64,000 bases of DNA. Source: Podarcis gaigeae (Eukaryota). The stretch is from NCBI GenBank assembly GCA_964106915.2, contig OZ066916.1; one strand, 5' to 3'. Under the pieces are notes generated by a model that saw only the letters and a program-made list of their open reading frames with translations, was not told the DNA's origin and searched no databases. Every line of letters starts with the position of its first letter. Position 1 is the first letter of the stretch. This document shows positions 1 to 11,615 of this stretch, piece by piece. The position numbers and the translations under genes are program-made.

Positions 1-32
1 TACTAGATAGAGAGTAAACTCTTATCGGTATG

Positions 33-251
33 CAGTGGTACCGCGGGTTACATACACTTCAGATTCTGCTAACCCAGAAATAGTACCTCGGGTTAAGAAC
101 TTTGCTTCAGGATGAGAACAGAAATCGTGCTCTAGTGGCGCGGCAGCAGCAGCAGGCCCCATTAGCTGAAGTGGTGCTTCAGGTTAAGAACAGTTTCAGG
201 TTAAGAACGGACCTTTGGAACGAATTAAGTACTTAACCCGAGGTACCACTG
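33..251. mobile_element. Tc1/mariner-pogo (Tigger-like) MITE, family A, full length
   Basis: TIRs CAGTGGTACCGCGGGTTA / TAACCCGAGGTACCACTG; TA on the right flank (left flank is TG); same internal sequence as 2732-2957 and 20461-20691. Confidence 0.9.
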
Positions 252-1779
252 TATGTGTAGTTTCTTGGGAATCCTTTGTACCCAGTGCATACTTACACAG
301 TGTGTCCCGCATGGGAGAGATTGGGTGAACTGTGGCAGCTCGCTTCTGCAAGAGCCATTTGGCTGGTGGGAGCCTTATGCACAGCAGAGTGCTGCAGCCG
401 AATCAAGTGAATATATTGTGCTTGCAAAAGTCCAGAGCAGTATAGCCCACGCTGTTCACCCTATTGTCTGAAGTATGGTCTGTGACAGATGTTTATATGC
501 TGCTTTCTGGGTATGGTGACTGTCTGCACAGTTGGAGAATAGGACTGTTGCAGTAGTGTGGGCAGAGTGGGACAATATGTTTTGACTTTCTGCTGAAATC
601 AAAAGGAATGTTTAATTTGCACCATCTCGTCTGCTTACAGGTTGTAGGCATGAAGTCTGGGGTATGTTGAATTCAAATTTAGGCCACGTCTCTGCTGCCT
701 ATCACATGCTTTATCCAACTCATTAAGGACCCTAGCCTATGTAAATTTAGACTAGGATTGCACAGTAGTATCCCAAACAGTGCATTTTGCAAAACTAGGT
801 AAACGCTATGTTTCTTTGCTTCCTTAGACTATAGTCAACTTTTCTTCAGCTCCTTTCATGCAAAAGCCATAATGTATTGAATTGCTGGAGTGTGTGGGTT
901 TTTCCCCCTAAGTGGGTGTTCAGCAAATAGCAACAGTCAAAAAATAGTCTTAGACCACAATTACTTATTGCAAATCACAAGTTGCTAGAAATACAGCTCA
1001 CTAATTGGCTTCTTAAAGAGATGAAAAGGGGAAAGAGCAGGCACTTAAAATAAAGCTTCATGTGTCCTTGGTTACGTCTTTGTATATATATATAAAAAAA
1101 TACCTCCTGTTCTTAACCCAAGATAAAATACCTGTTGACATTAATGAATGTGAAAGCCTGGGGTAGGGACTGGAACAGAGGACAGGAGATTGTTTCCTCC
1201 CAAACCCAGAAATAGAAGAAATGGAAATGTTGGGAGAAATGCTTTCTCTTTTGGAACGATGAGAAAAATAGTTTTTAAAGCAATATTTTAAAATAATATT
1301 TATAACCCATTCTTGCTTCTATAAATCTTCTGGATTAAAGATTCTAGGTAGCGATGTTAGTGATGATAGCATTGCTACAGCATTTGATTGGATTACTAAA
1401 CACACTGGAGAAGTACTTTAAAGTGCTGCCAGTGTAGATTCATTTAAATCAAGGCAATTAAAATAATTGATCTAAATAGCCAAGGAAAAGGCTGATTTGA
1501 ATCATTGATTTGGATTAAGTTTCCAGCTTTCTAACTCATATATTTTATAAATAGGTATGTATACTAATTGGTTGCTATAGCAATTGTAACCTATACTTGA
1601 GACTGAATAAAACTTTTATTATATCCACAGGGATCCATCATCATAATGCAGAATCTCTAGTCATGTGGTACCTATGCCTTTTGTGCAACAGAATTAACAT
1701 TTGTTTAGAGGAACAATTCTGAAATTAAGGATATCTGTTTGGCCATATGTATATGTGTGATAAATATATTAAATAATTT

Positions 1780-2015
1780 AGGTAAAGGTAAAGGGACCCC
1801 TGACCATTAGGTCCAGTCGTGGCCGACTCTGGGGTTGCGGCGCTCATCTCGCTATACTGGCCGAGGGAGCCTGCGTACAGCTTCTGGGTCATGTGGCCAG
1901 CATGACTAAGCCGCTTCTGGCGAACCAGAGCAGCGCACGGAAACACCATTTACCTTCCCGCCGGAGCGGTACCTATTTATCTACTTGTACTTTTATGTGC
2001 TTTCCAACTGCAAGG
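1780..2015 (-). mobile_element. Sauria SINE (Podarcis/lacertid type), 5'-truncated
   Basis: (AAAGGT)n tail at the left end; body nearly identical to 47208-47551; tRNA-derived head missing. Confidence 0.9.
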
Positions 2016-2731
2016 ACTAATACCACCTTCAGACACTCAATTTGCATAGAATTAAATATGTGGGGGACAGATCTGGTATATTAGCTTTGGCCCCTGACTG
2101 ATGCATAACCAACAATTGGAGGGGCTTATTCTGAAACATCCTATATACATCCGTTGTGCACGCTCAGGATGTCTGAAAAGAGCTGAAGTGTCCAAAATGT
2201 GTCAAGGCTTGTCATTACTGAACAGTAAATTGCTTTTTATTCACTTTGTTGCAAAATACTAAACATCTTCAGGTGCTATTTGGGAATCTGCCATTTCTCC
2301 CCAAAATCAACAAGGCCTAGGTACTCCATCCTCTTATTTCTGTTGCTTTCACCTTCTCTATCAAGTGAAACAAACTGATGAATTTTTGAAAAGACACGAA
2401 CATAATCAAGGAACAAACTAGCACATGGGAGACCTGAGAAGCTGCAATTCATACAAGCCTTTATTTTCTGAAGTCTATAAAGCTCAAGGTTTAAAATTCA
2501 GAGTCTGTCTGAGGATTGTTTCCTGTTGTGTTCCTCCATAGAGGTTTCTATCTGCAGACTGGAAGACAATTTTTGCTCGCCGCCCCTCCTGCTGTAGCCT
2601 CTCCCCCCACCCCGCCCGGCATCCCTGCAATCTGCTCCAGAAGATTTAGTGGGGATGGGGGCTTGGAACAGTGTAGGAGGGAGAGGGGATTAGCAAAAAG
2701 CACGTTCCTTCCCCACCTGCTGATAGAAGTA

Positions 2732-2957
2732 CAGTGGTACCTCTGGTTACATACGCTTCAGGTTACAGACTCCGCTAACCCAGAAATAGTACCTCGGGTT
2801 AAGAACTTTGCTTCAGGATGATAACAGAAATTGTGCTCTGGCGGCACGGCAACAGCAGGAGGCCCCATTAGCTAAAGTGGTGCTTCAGGTTAAGAACAGT
2901 TTCAGGTTAAGTACGGACCTCCGGAATGAATTAAGTACATAACCAGAGGTACCACTG
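2732..2957. mobile_element. Tigger-like MITE family A, full length
   Basis: TA|CAGTGGTACCTCTGGTTA ... TAACCAGAGGTACCACTG|TA; perfect TIRs and TA target duplication. Confidence 0.92.
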
Positions 2958-5492
2958 TACCAGACAATTTTCCATCAGCACTAGGACACCATCGGATACA
3001 AGATTCTGATATTTAAGATAGTGTTTCTCTAATGAGAATTATGCAGCTATTTTCAAGGATTTACCCTTTATTGGAACAGAGCAGGATATAAATCAATCAA
3101 ATAGATAGAGTCTTGGAATAGCTAAGTTTGCATACAGTAACTATGACACTTTGTGTTTCTCATGATGATATACTATTGAAGGGTTTGGTATTATTATAAA
3201 GCTTAACCAAACATTCAGATATATTACCACTTCTTTACATTATGGGAATGTTTATTTTATAAGCATTTTCTCTAAAATATGAATTACTTCTGTTTTATGC
3301 ATGGCAATCTTATAAACTCAGATAATAAAACCTTCATTTTTTGTGACAATTTATAATGACAATGTTTTAGTTTTTCAACTTTTCTTTTTGTTACTTGTTT
3401 TTCCATCTGGCAAAAACTATCTTAGAGTGCAACAGCTTGCATCTATGTATCTATTAGTAATGATTGCTTCAATAAAACTAAGGCATTTATATGTTTACAT
3501 TTCATAAATACAGCGAACAGTACAATTTTATGTGCTAAATTATACATAATGCATTTCATTTCATGCTGACAAAATTGCAAAGCAGTATTAAGTTTGCATA
3601 TATTTCGTTTTCTCCAGAAAATGTCCATTGCTGTTCCCTCACCACAAAAACAAGAAAGTTATCCCAGTTTCCAAGACTGTGAAATTTCTTTAAAATAAAT
3701 AAATAATACAGCTCTGGTCTTTAGGCATATAGTGTTCCATATGGAAACTTTGGAGGTTTTTATGGTGAAGAAGGCTATGAAAGTCCTGTCTTTGCAAAAT
3801 GGATTACTGCATGCCCTTGATGTTCAATTAATTTTATGAAATAGCTGTTTAATTATTTTATTGGTGCATTCAGAGCTACACATGACAAGCGATAATTACA
3901 GTGCTTCTCATCCGAGAAGATTGATTCCTCGGGTCAAGCCATTTTCTTTCTCTTGTTTTGACAAACTTGTACACATTGCAGTTTGTGTAATAGATTTTGA
4001 AAAACAAAACAACTCATTCATGCTGCCGAAGGGCTGTAAGAGTCAGAACAGAATCAGAATGCTCTGCACAACACTTGACAGAGCTGTGACTTGGCTATAT
4101 ACCAAGTTGGAATTCACCTCCATGTTTTTTTAGGCTGAGATGCATATAATGTGTTTGGGAAATGATCTGTAACCTTTGGCCAGCAATGTCACAAGACATG
4201 GAAAGTATTTTTTAAAAGAAGCAGTGGTTTTTAATTCAAATGAAAGCAGGACTTGTCTTGTACCTTTTCAAGCTGAAGACCCACCTCCTGCAATAGCCAT
4301 GAAATTGACCCTTTGGATCTGCTCAGAACTGCCAAATGAAAATAAGGTTTTCCTTCAAGCGTTGGTTGCTAAGGGCAACTGGAACTGACTCCAAAAGATA
4401 AATACTCTACCTACTTAGAGCATAATGCTTACTTTGTGAGCTAAATAAAGAGCTAAATTACAGAGAAGGAAGTTGCTTAAATGTGAAATATCAAGGGAGC
4501 AAAAACCTAAAATCATTAAGGGCACAGAACTCAGAAAGGGCTTGTAATGCAGTGATTGTGGTGCAGTGATTGTAACTGGCTGAAATTGTTTTAGCCATGC
4601 TATTCAAGGTCCATCCCTCATTATAATGGGTAGGATTAGAGAACTGTCAGGTCCCTATTGGCACTAAATTTGATTGCAATTGCAAATTGTCACTGGGTGT
4701 ATTTCTATAAAGCACCCTAATTGTTCCTAAAATAATTTTAAAGTATTACAAGATGACCCAGATCTATATGGTGGCCCTTGAATTAGTTCTCCTAACTGAA
4801 GGCAGGGCAGAGTCAGATGTCCACACCATAAGGATCAGCACAGTCACACAGAACAGGAATTCATAGTTCAGTTTATGGAATATATATTTTACATCTAAGA
4901 TCTCCTGCTTTAGCAAGGGAATTGTTTTCCAGTGTTCACTGCAGATAAGAAAGAAAAGCAGGATTAATTATTTCTGTCGGGAAATGTAGTAGGAGGGAAA
5001 CAACACATGTTTTGTGCTTACTATGTGATGAATTAAAGAGGCAGTTGGTTGCAAATACATGTTTGAAGCATTCCAGGCAGTCACAGCTGTTTCATGTTCC
5101 TTATTCCTAATTTTATATAGTCTGTGTCCGAGACTTTTGTGAGTGGTTTCCTGGTTATGTACCTGGATGGAGAAGCACTCTTGTGCTGCCTTTCGGATAG
5201 TAGCTACATTCAGACATAAGGCCAAACAATGGATTGACACTATGTTGAAACTTAGAGCAGCTTACAAGCCAGAGTATCAACCCATGGTTGGAAGCTGGTT
5301 TGCAAACCCAAAGTTTTGCTCCTGCTTGTTATTCTGAATTGATAAACTAATCTTTGAGTGATTACTTCAACTAGGGTGAAGTGTAGGTGGATTCAGGCAT
5401 GACCCAAGACTGAGATTCAGCTCGAGAAGGATTTATTGGAACATCAGGAACAAGAAGAACAAGAAAGACAAACAGGGGCACTTGGCCTAGTA

Positions 5493-6597
5493 CAGTCATA
5501 CCTCGGGTTAAAGTTGCTTCAGGTTGAGCGTTTTCAGGTTAGAATCATAGAATCATAGAATCATAGAGTTGGAAGAGACCACAAGGGCCATCGAGTCCAA
5601 CCCCCTGCCAAGCAGGAAACACCATCAGAGCACTCCTGACATATGGTTGTCAAGCCTCTGCTTAAAGACCTCCAAAGAAGGAGACTCCACCACACTCCTT
5701 GGCAGCAAATTCCACTGTCGAACAGCTCTTACTGTCAGGAGGTTCTTCCTAATGTTTAGGTGGAATCTTCTTTCTTGTAGTTTGGAACCATTGCTCCGTG
5801 TCCGCTTCTCTGGAGCAGCAGAAAACAACCTTTCTCCCTCCTCTATATGACAACCTTTTATATATTTGAACATGGCTATCATATCACCCCTTAACCTCCT
5901 CTTCTCCAGGCTAAACATGCCCAGCTCCCTTAGCCGTTCCTCATAAGGCATCATTTCCAGGCCTTTGACCATTTTCTTTGCCCTCCTCTGGACACGTTCC
6001 AGTTTGTCAGTGTCCTTATTGAACTGTGGTGCCCAGACCTGGACACAGTACTCCAGGTAAGGTCTGACCAGAGCAGAATACAGTGGCACTATTACTTCCC
6101 TTGATCTAGATGCTATACTCCTATTGATGCAGCCCAGAATTGCATTGGTTTTTTTAGCTGCCGCATCACACTGTTGGCTCATGTCAAGTTTGTGGTCAAC
6201 CAAGACTCCTAGATCCTTTTCACATGTACTGCTCTCAAGCCAGGTGTCACCCATCTTGTATTTGTGCCTCTCATTTTTTTTGCCCAAGTGCAATACTTTA
6301 CATTTCTCCCTGTTAAAATTCATCTTCTTTGTTTTGGCCCAGTTCTCTAATCTGTCAAGGTTGTTTTGAAGTGTGATCCTGTCCTCTGGGGTGTTAGCTC
6401 CACGGCGACCTGGAAGTAACGGAACGCATTACTTTCGGGTTTTGCCGCTTATGCATGCGCAGACGCTCAAAATGACGTCACATACATGCGCAGAAGCGGC
6501 GAATTGCAACCCTTGCACACGCAGACGCGGGTTGCGTTCTCTTCAGGATGTGAACGGGGCTCCAGAACAGACCCGTTCACATCCAGAGGTACCACTG
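5493..6597. mobile_element. Tigger-like MITE family B, split by a CR1 insertion (pieces ~5493-5541 and ~6397-6597)
   Basis: TA|CAGTCATACCTCGG ... GAGGTACCACTG|TA; the two pieces joined are colinear with the uninterrupted copy at 18829-19082. Confidence 0.88.
5541..6398 (-). mobile_element. CR1 LINE, 5'-truncated young copy; ORF2 C-terminal frame open from 6398 to 5625
   Basis: ANTPEDRITLQNNLDRLENWAKTKKMNFNREKCKVLHLG...LVRPYLEYCVQVWAP...LEKRRLRGDMI...WNLLP is typical CR1 ORF2 C-terminus; short 3' UTR ending in (ATTCTATG)n octamer repeats. Confidence 0.96.
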
Positions 6598-7359
6598 TAT
6601 ATATACCTTAAGCCAGCCCAGGCAAAATACACATACTGCCCGTGATAGGTCGCCTTAATACTGCAGTTAGTGAATCACAACACTGGCCCTATCTCAGCAG
6701 GGATTGGCTGCCTGCCAGCTACTAACAATGTCATTGGAGGGTTTTAGAATCCTCTCTGTCTTTTGTTATGCAGATGAAGCTCTTGACCTCCAGGAGGCCT
6801 GAAGGCCTAGGCCTGCATTGCATGCATAGAGTCTGGCTTTGGCCTACAGTGCTTGCATACATAACATGGGGGTTCAGCAAATAGCAAACAAAAGCAGAAT
6901 AAACCATGGTAAGTAACATGGTTTCTCTTCTGTGTCCAGAAATTCAAGCCATGGTATGAGATTTTTTAGTAAAAGCATGTAAGGTGGGGCACAACCACTG
7001 AACTACTCAGTGGGACAGCAGTTGGGTAGAACATCATGGCTGTGAGGGCATGGGAGCACCTGGTTGCTTGTGGCAGGCATAGATACACATGTACTTGTGC
7101 CTGCCACTACCAACCCAGTGTTTGCTCTGCCCTCAATGCCACACTGCTCCATTGTTTGTCGCTTGAGAAAATGAAATAGCAAGAGGATGTTAGATCCACA
7201 GGAAGAGGGGAAACGGTACCCGTTACTCAAAGTTGTGTTTGGGTCCCTGGGTAAAGAATAATTGTAAAGCAAACCAACCACTGTAAATAGAGTTGTTTTC
7301 CTCAGGAATGGCAAATCAACATGGCAACCCACTGGTTGAAGCAGAGGAGACAGGTGTAG

Positions 7360-7760
7360 GCCTGGAAATGATCTGGGTCCAGACTATTTCAGGGAATGTC
7401 TTATTCCAAATGAGCACCCTGCACAGTTCTTTGAGATTTCCTAGTGACACCCTGCTAGGGATGTCATCGTTTGTGGTTGGAAGGTTAGGGTCTGCTAGGA
7501 GCAGGGCCTCCTCTGAGGTTGCTCGGATAATGTAAACTTCCCTTCCACAGAAGGTGTGTTTGACCTCGTTATTTCTTTACTTTCAGAAGCGGGCAAAATC
7601 TTGCGCCAGGCCTTGAATCCACGGTAGTCCTGCTAATTACTGTTCGGTTGTTATGTTTTTTATGTGTTTTTAAGTTATTATGCTTTTTGCATTGGATCAT
7701 GCTTTTATATTGTAAACCATTTTATAAATGAATATGGAAAAATGGCATACAAACCTTGCA
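7360..7760 (+). mobile_element. Old L2-type LINE 3' fragment
   Basis: Degenerate match to the L2 3' end seen at 44611-44930 (e.g. gcagggcctcctctgaggttgctc, then a T-rich UTR); boundaries approximate. Confidence 0.5.
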
Positions 7761-7778
7761 GGTAAATAGATCAGATCA

Positions 7779-7819
7779 ACCTCCAGAATGACTTAAGTAT
7801 GGAACCAGAGGTACCACTG
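7779..7819. mobile_element. Isolated right end of Tigger-like MITE family A
   Basis: acctccagaatgacttaagtatggaaccagaggtaccactg|ta matches the right terminus of the full copies. Confidence 0.75.
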
Positions 7820-9463
7820 TACTTTAATGGTCGCTATGAGGTACGCATAGAAATGGGTATGGTTCAATCAGTAGTTGGATCTAAAGATGGCACGTCAATT
7901 ATTAAATCCGTTGACTATTTAGGTATTTTATTTTTGTTTAGTGATGGTTTTAAAAGAAATCTCCATGACCGCTTCTGAAGATGAGACAACTAAGCTGGGA
8001 TACAGAAAGACTTGAGCCAAAATCAATTGGAGCTTTCCACTAACCGTATAATAGGCTTAGTTCCAGATCTACAGCTGAGAAGATGTAACCCTCAGTTGAA
8101 ATAGAAAGGCAGAATGTAAGCCCCACTCTGCACTGTAAAATCAGGGAACCTGCTGCAGTAACATTTACAGTAATTGGCTTATTACAACTACTCTTGCGGG
8201 GTTTGGTTTTTCTTTAAGATTTATTAAGCTTTTGGATTTCACAGTAATAAGGTGCTTACCTGTGAGGATGTCATTTGAGCTAATTCTGCAAACTACATTG
8301 ATGGACTTGTGGGTTACTTGCCATAAATATTCGCTCTCCCCGTCCCCATTTAATAGGGAGGTCCATTTTTGTAAATCTTGGTGAGTAAGCTGGTATAATA
8401 GTTGTACATATTTTCTCTCTGTTCAGTGCTGGGCATGTTTGCAGTATGAGGCTTGTTCCTGTTATATAAAATAACGTTGTTGAAACAGCGTTCCAGATCA
8501 TTTACTGATGGTTTGTAATAGAGGAAGAGAACGGGTGTAATCATATAAGCATCTAGAAACACAAACATAAAAATATCAAAATGCAGCAGCTATCATGTCT
8601 GTCATTGCCATTAACAAGGTGACAATTTTTTCAGGGAGCCATCTGCTATTTGTCAATAAGCCAATGAAATAACAAGTGACAGTCAGAGGATAACAAGGAG
8701 GCTAGCATTTGCTACTGTGCAGACTCCCATCTATAGAGTAATATGGAACCACAGTGTTAGAATAAAGTTGAAATACACAAAAGGGCATGCAGACAGTTTT
8801 GATGGGTATGGGTGGAAGGGGCTCATACTGATCCCTGTTAATTGGGAAAGATTTCTATAAAAAAAAATAAAACCTATTGCTGGACATGTTTTGGGTTCTA
8901 AAGGAATCTCCCATCTGTGGGCTGTATCCAACACTTCTGTTGTTCAAGTGGGACAGACTTCTGCTTGTGCAGTAGGACTTTCTCTCCTTGTCAGCCACCC
9001 TGCACACAATCAAAATCCATCCTAGAGGGTTGAGGGACAATTTGGAGCACATTATAGGGAGCATGGGAAGGGCTGCCAGAGGGAGGAGAGGAAGGGCAAT
9101 TGTGTTGCACATTTATAACTCTGCTCATGCAGCACTGAATACAACTCTGTGTTCCTTCAAAGCCCTCTGAGCAGGCTGGGCAGGTTTTAAAGGGAGAGAT
9201 GGTTGAGAATAAGTTGTTCAAAGGAAGACAGACCTGCCATGATAAGAGTCTAGCGTGAGCCCTATAACTGGACTTGCTTCCTGGCTGCCTCACAACTTCC
9301 TGTCCTTTTCAGTTAGCTGTGTCTTGACACTGGGCCCTAAGTAGATGCTTACAGAAATTAATTAGCTGCAAGGATGCATATCAAATGCCTGTTCCAAAGG
9401 GCGACTGAGAATCAGTTAATTTACTGTTGATTTGAAATATATGTTTTCAATTTTTTTCCATAG

Positions 9464-9603
9464 GTCCAGCCCTCTTCAGTCCTACTAGGAACATCCACAT
9501 ATGTGGTCTGAAGTAAACGGCCTAAGCATCATGATCTATGCTGGTAATATCACATCAACTCTGGAAATCCACTGAAACCTGGAGCCAGAGGACAAAGGTC
9601 CAG
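9464..9603 (+). other. Candidate spliced exon A (140 nt, probably non-coding/5' UTR, contains uORFs)
   Basis: Acceptor ttttcaatttttttccatag| and donor CAG|gtgagta; stop codons in all three frames; no resemblance to the repeats in this window. Confidence 0.6.
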
Positions 9604-9777
9604 GTGAGTACTGTTTTTAGTATATTGTGCTGTTTCACAAAGTGGTCAACATGACTTTTAACCCAAAGAAATATAGAACTTTGCAAAACGACACAATATA
9701 CTAAAAAGTTCTGAAAGTAAACAACCCTCCCCTTACTCCCAATCCAACATTTCTTGAATTCTCCTGACTCTGCATAG

Positions 9778-9833
9778 GCTTGACTGCATGCTCCAGTGGA
9801 CTTCCATAGTTGTTGTGAAATCACCAGTATGGC
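9778..9833 (+). other. Candidate spliced exon B (56 nt), complementary to exon A; ends in agtATGGC (possible start codon)
   Basis: Acceptor ttctcctgactctgcatag| and donor GGC|gtaagta; TGCATG motifs at 9785-9790 and 9867-9872. Confidence 0.45.
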
Positions 9834-10103
9834 GTAAGTAACATTTCTGAGATGCAATTACTATGGTGCATGCACTCATCATAAACGGCAAGTTAAAATG
9901 CAGTCCCTAGTTGCAACATCTGTGGCTTATAAATCTAAGAATACCAATTCCACACCCAAAACAATTCTGCAGATACAGTCACATATTAGCCTGGTTTGGA
10001 AAATTGTATCTTGACTTAATAAGCTGATATATGAATGCATCATTTTGTGTGTGTAGACTGCCCTGCCACAACTCTTGGCAGTACAAGCAATCAAACCAAG
10101 AAA

Positions 10104-10131
10104 TTTGTATTGTATTGTATTGTATTGTATT
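10104..10131. repeat. (ATTGT)n microsatellite
   Basis: ttgtattgtattgtattgtattgtatt. Confidence 0.9.
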
Positions 10132-11521
10132 AATTCCACTTAGCTTTTTTTAGAGAGAAAAAGTCTACGCCATTTATAATTATCCATTGTTTCCTATTTC
10201 ATCCAAACAAATTAGGATATTAAGCCAGTTTTATTTAATACACTGGCTTCTTCCAAAACAGGCAACCATAGTTTCCCAGTTTGGACAAATTAGGAAACTA
10301 TTGTTAGAGGCTTCCTGGTTTGACTGCACACACTGCAGAAGGGACTGTATGTGTTGGCAAAAGTCTTGTTCATATTTTTGCTTATTAAGCTAATAAGATT
10401 GTTTGAACATAGTCACTAATGACTATGTTACAAGTTCTTCCTTGTCCATGAAATGTGATTTAGACTATTCTTGTTCTGATCTAAATAGACCATATATCAA
10501 AGACAACACAGGCTTTCTATTTAAATGCATACAGTATTTTTAAAAATAAACCAGAGAATAACTTTGTCTGTTCAGTGTTGCCAAACAACACACTTTTCTA
10601 CACTTTCTAGAGGAAGAGTAGAGACCACAATTTATTCTAATCTTAGGTCTGAAGACAATAAGTCTTTGTAATTAATCAAATAGATAGTTTTAACACATAC
10701 TATTAGGTGTCTGGTTTGCTTTCACTCTTCCTCTTTTCATGAGCAAATTTCACTTAAAACAAAAACGGAAACCTGTATGGACCATTCAAGAAGCTATAAA
10801 CTTGTTAAAGTGGCTAGATTTCTTGCAAGTTACGACATATTGGTTGCCTTAAGATACTTATCCATAGAGTTGAAATTAGTACGTCTTCATTAATGTGTAG
10901 TTTTGACTTACACATAGAGAGATTGGGAAATATACTATTCACTACCTTATCTATGGTATGTTTGTGTAAACACACACACACGGCTGAACCCAATGGTCTA
11001 AACTGGGTATAAACTGCCTAAATACTTGCATGCCTGAAGGTGCAAGGGGGGGATGGAGAGATGGAGATGGGTCTACGTTTCTTTCAGAGCTGCGAAATCT
11101 TCTGCCTCTTCTGTTACTTACCCTCTTTGATCTAGCTGTCAGCACCCTGCGCACAAACCAGTAATCAGCAGAGGTGCCAAAGACTGGCTAAAGATCTGGA
11201 TGGTTGCCTCCAGCAACTGCAGACTTCTGGGGGAGCAGTGATTCTCCCTTCTGCACACCTAGCAGTACATAGAAATGCTCATATTCCAGCTCCATCGTGA
11301 AACACAGCTAGTATATATTGGAGATACATCATATTTGTATTGTAAACTGGACTGTGATCTTCGGATGAGGGGCAGTATTGAAATTTTATTAATGATGATG
11401 AAGGTGATGACTTGTCAGAGCACATTCACTGGCATAAGAAGCAAACATGAGACCAAAAGCAAATGTGTGTCTGCGAGGTTACACTCAGAAGTGTGTGTTA
11501 CAGTCTCCCATGAAAATGTTT

Positions 11522-11615
11522 CCCATTAGCTAAAGTGGTGCTTCAGGTTAAGAACAGTTTCAGGTTAAGTACGGACCTCCAGAACGAATTAAGTACTTAA
11601 CCCGAGGTACCACTG
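11522..11615. mobile_element. Right half of Tigger-like MITE family A (left half missing)
   Basis: cccattagctaaagtggtgcttcaggttaagaac...cccgaggtaccactg|ta, nearly identical to 2864-2957. Confidence 0.88.

Noticed and set aside
1893-2084. Recurring peptide MASMTKPLLANQSSARK (also 40135-40326 and 47187-47501) as a gene family
   Set aside because: It is the antisense translation of Sauria SINE copies.
5625-6323. 232-aa ORF as a host gene
   Set aside because: It is the C-terminal part of CR1 ORF2, 5'-truncated, with the CR1 octamer tail.
5380-6728. Outer solo LTR around the MITE/CR1 nest as a firm feature
   Set aside because: Poly(A), TATA and CCAAT hints are present, but no matching TSD or clear left terminus was found.
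9531-9575. SECIS-like AUGA-N11-AA pattern, and an in-frame UGA/UGU (Sec/Cys) correspondence between the inverted arms
   Set aside because: There is no local 3' helix strand with GA, the apical region would be far too long, and both frames contain other stops.
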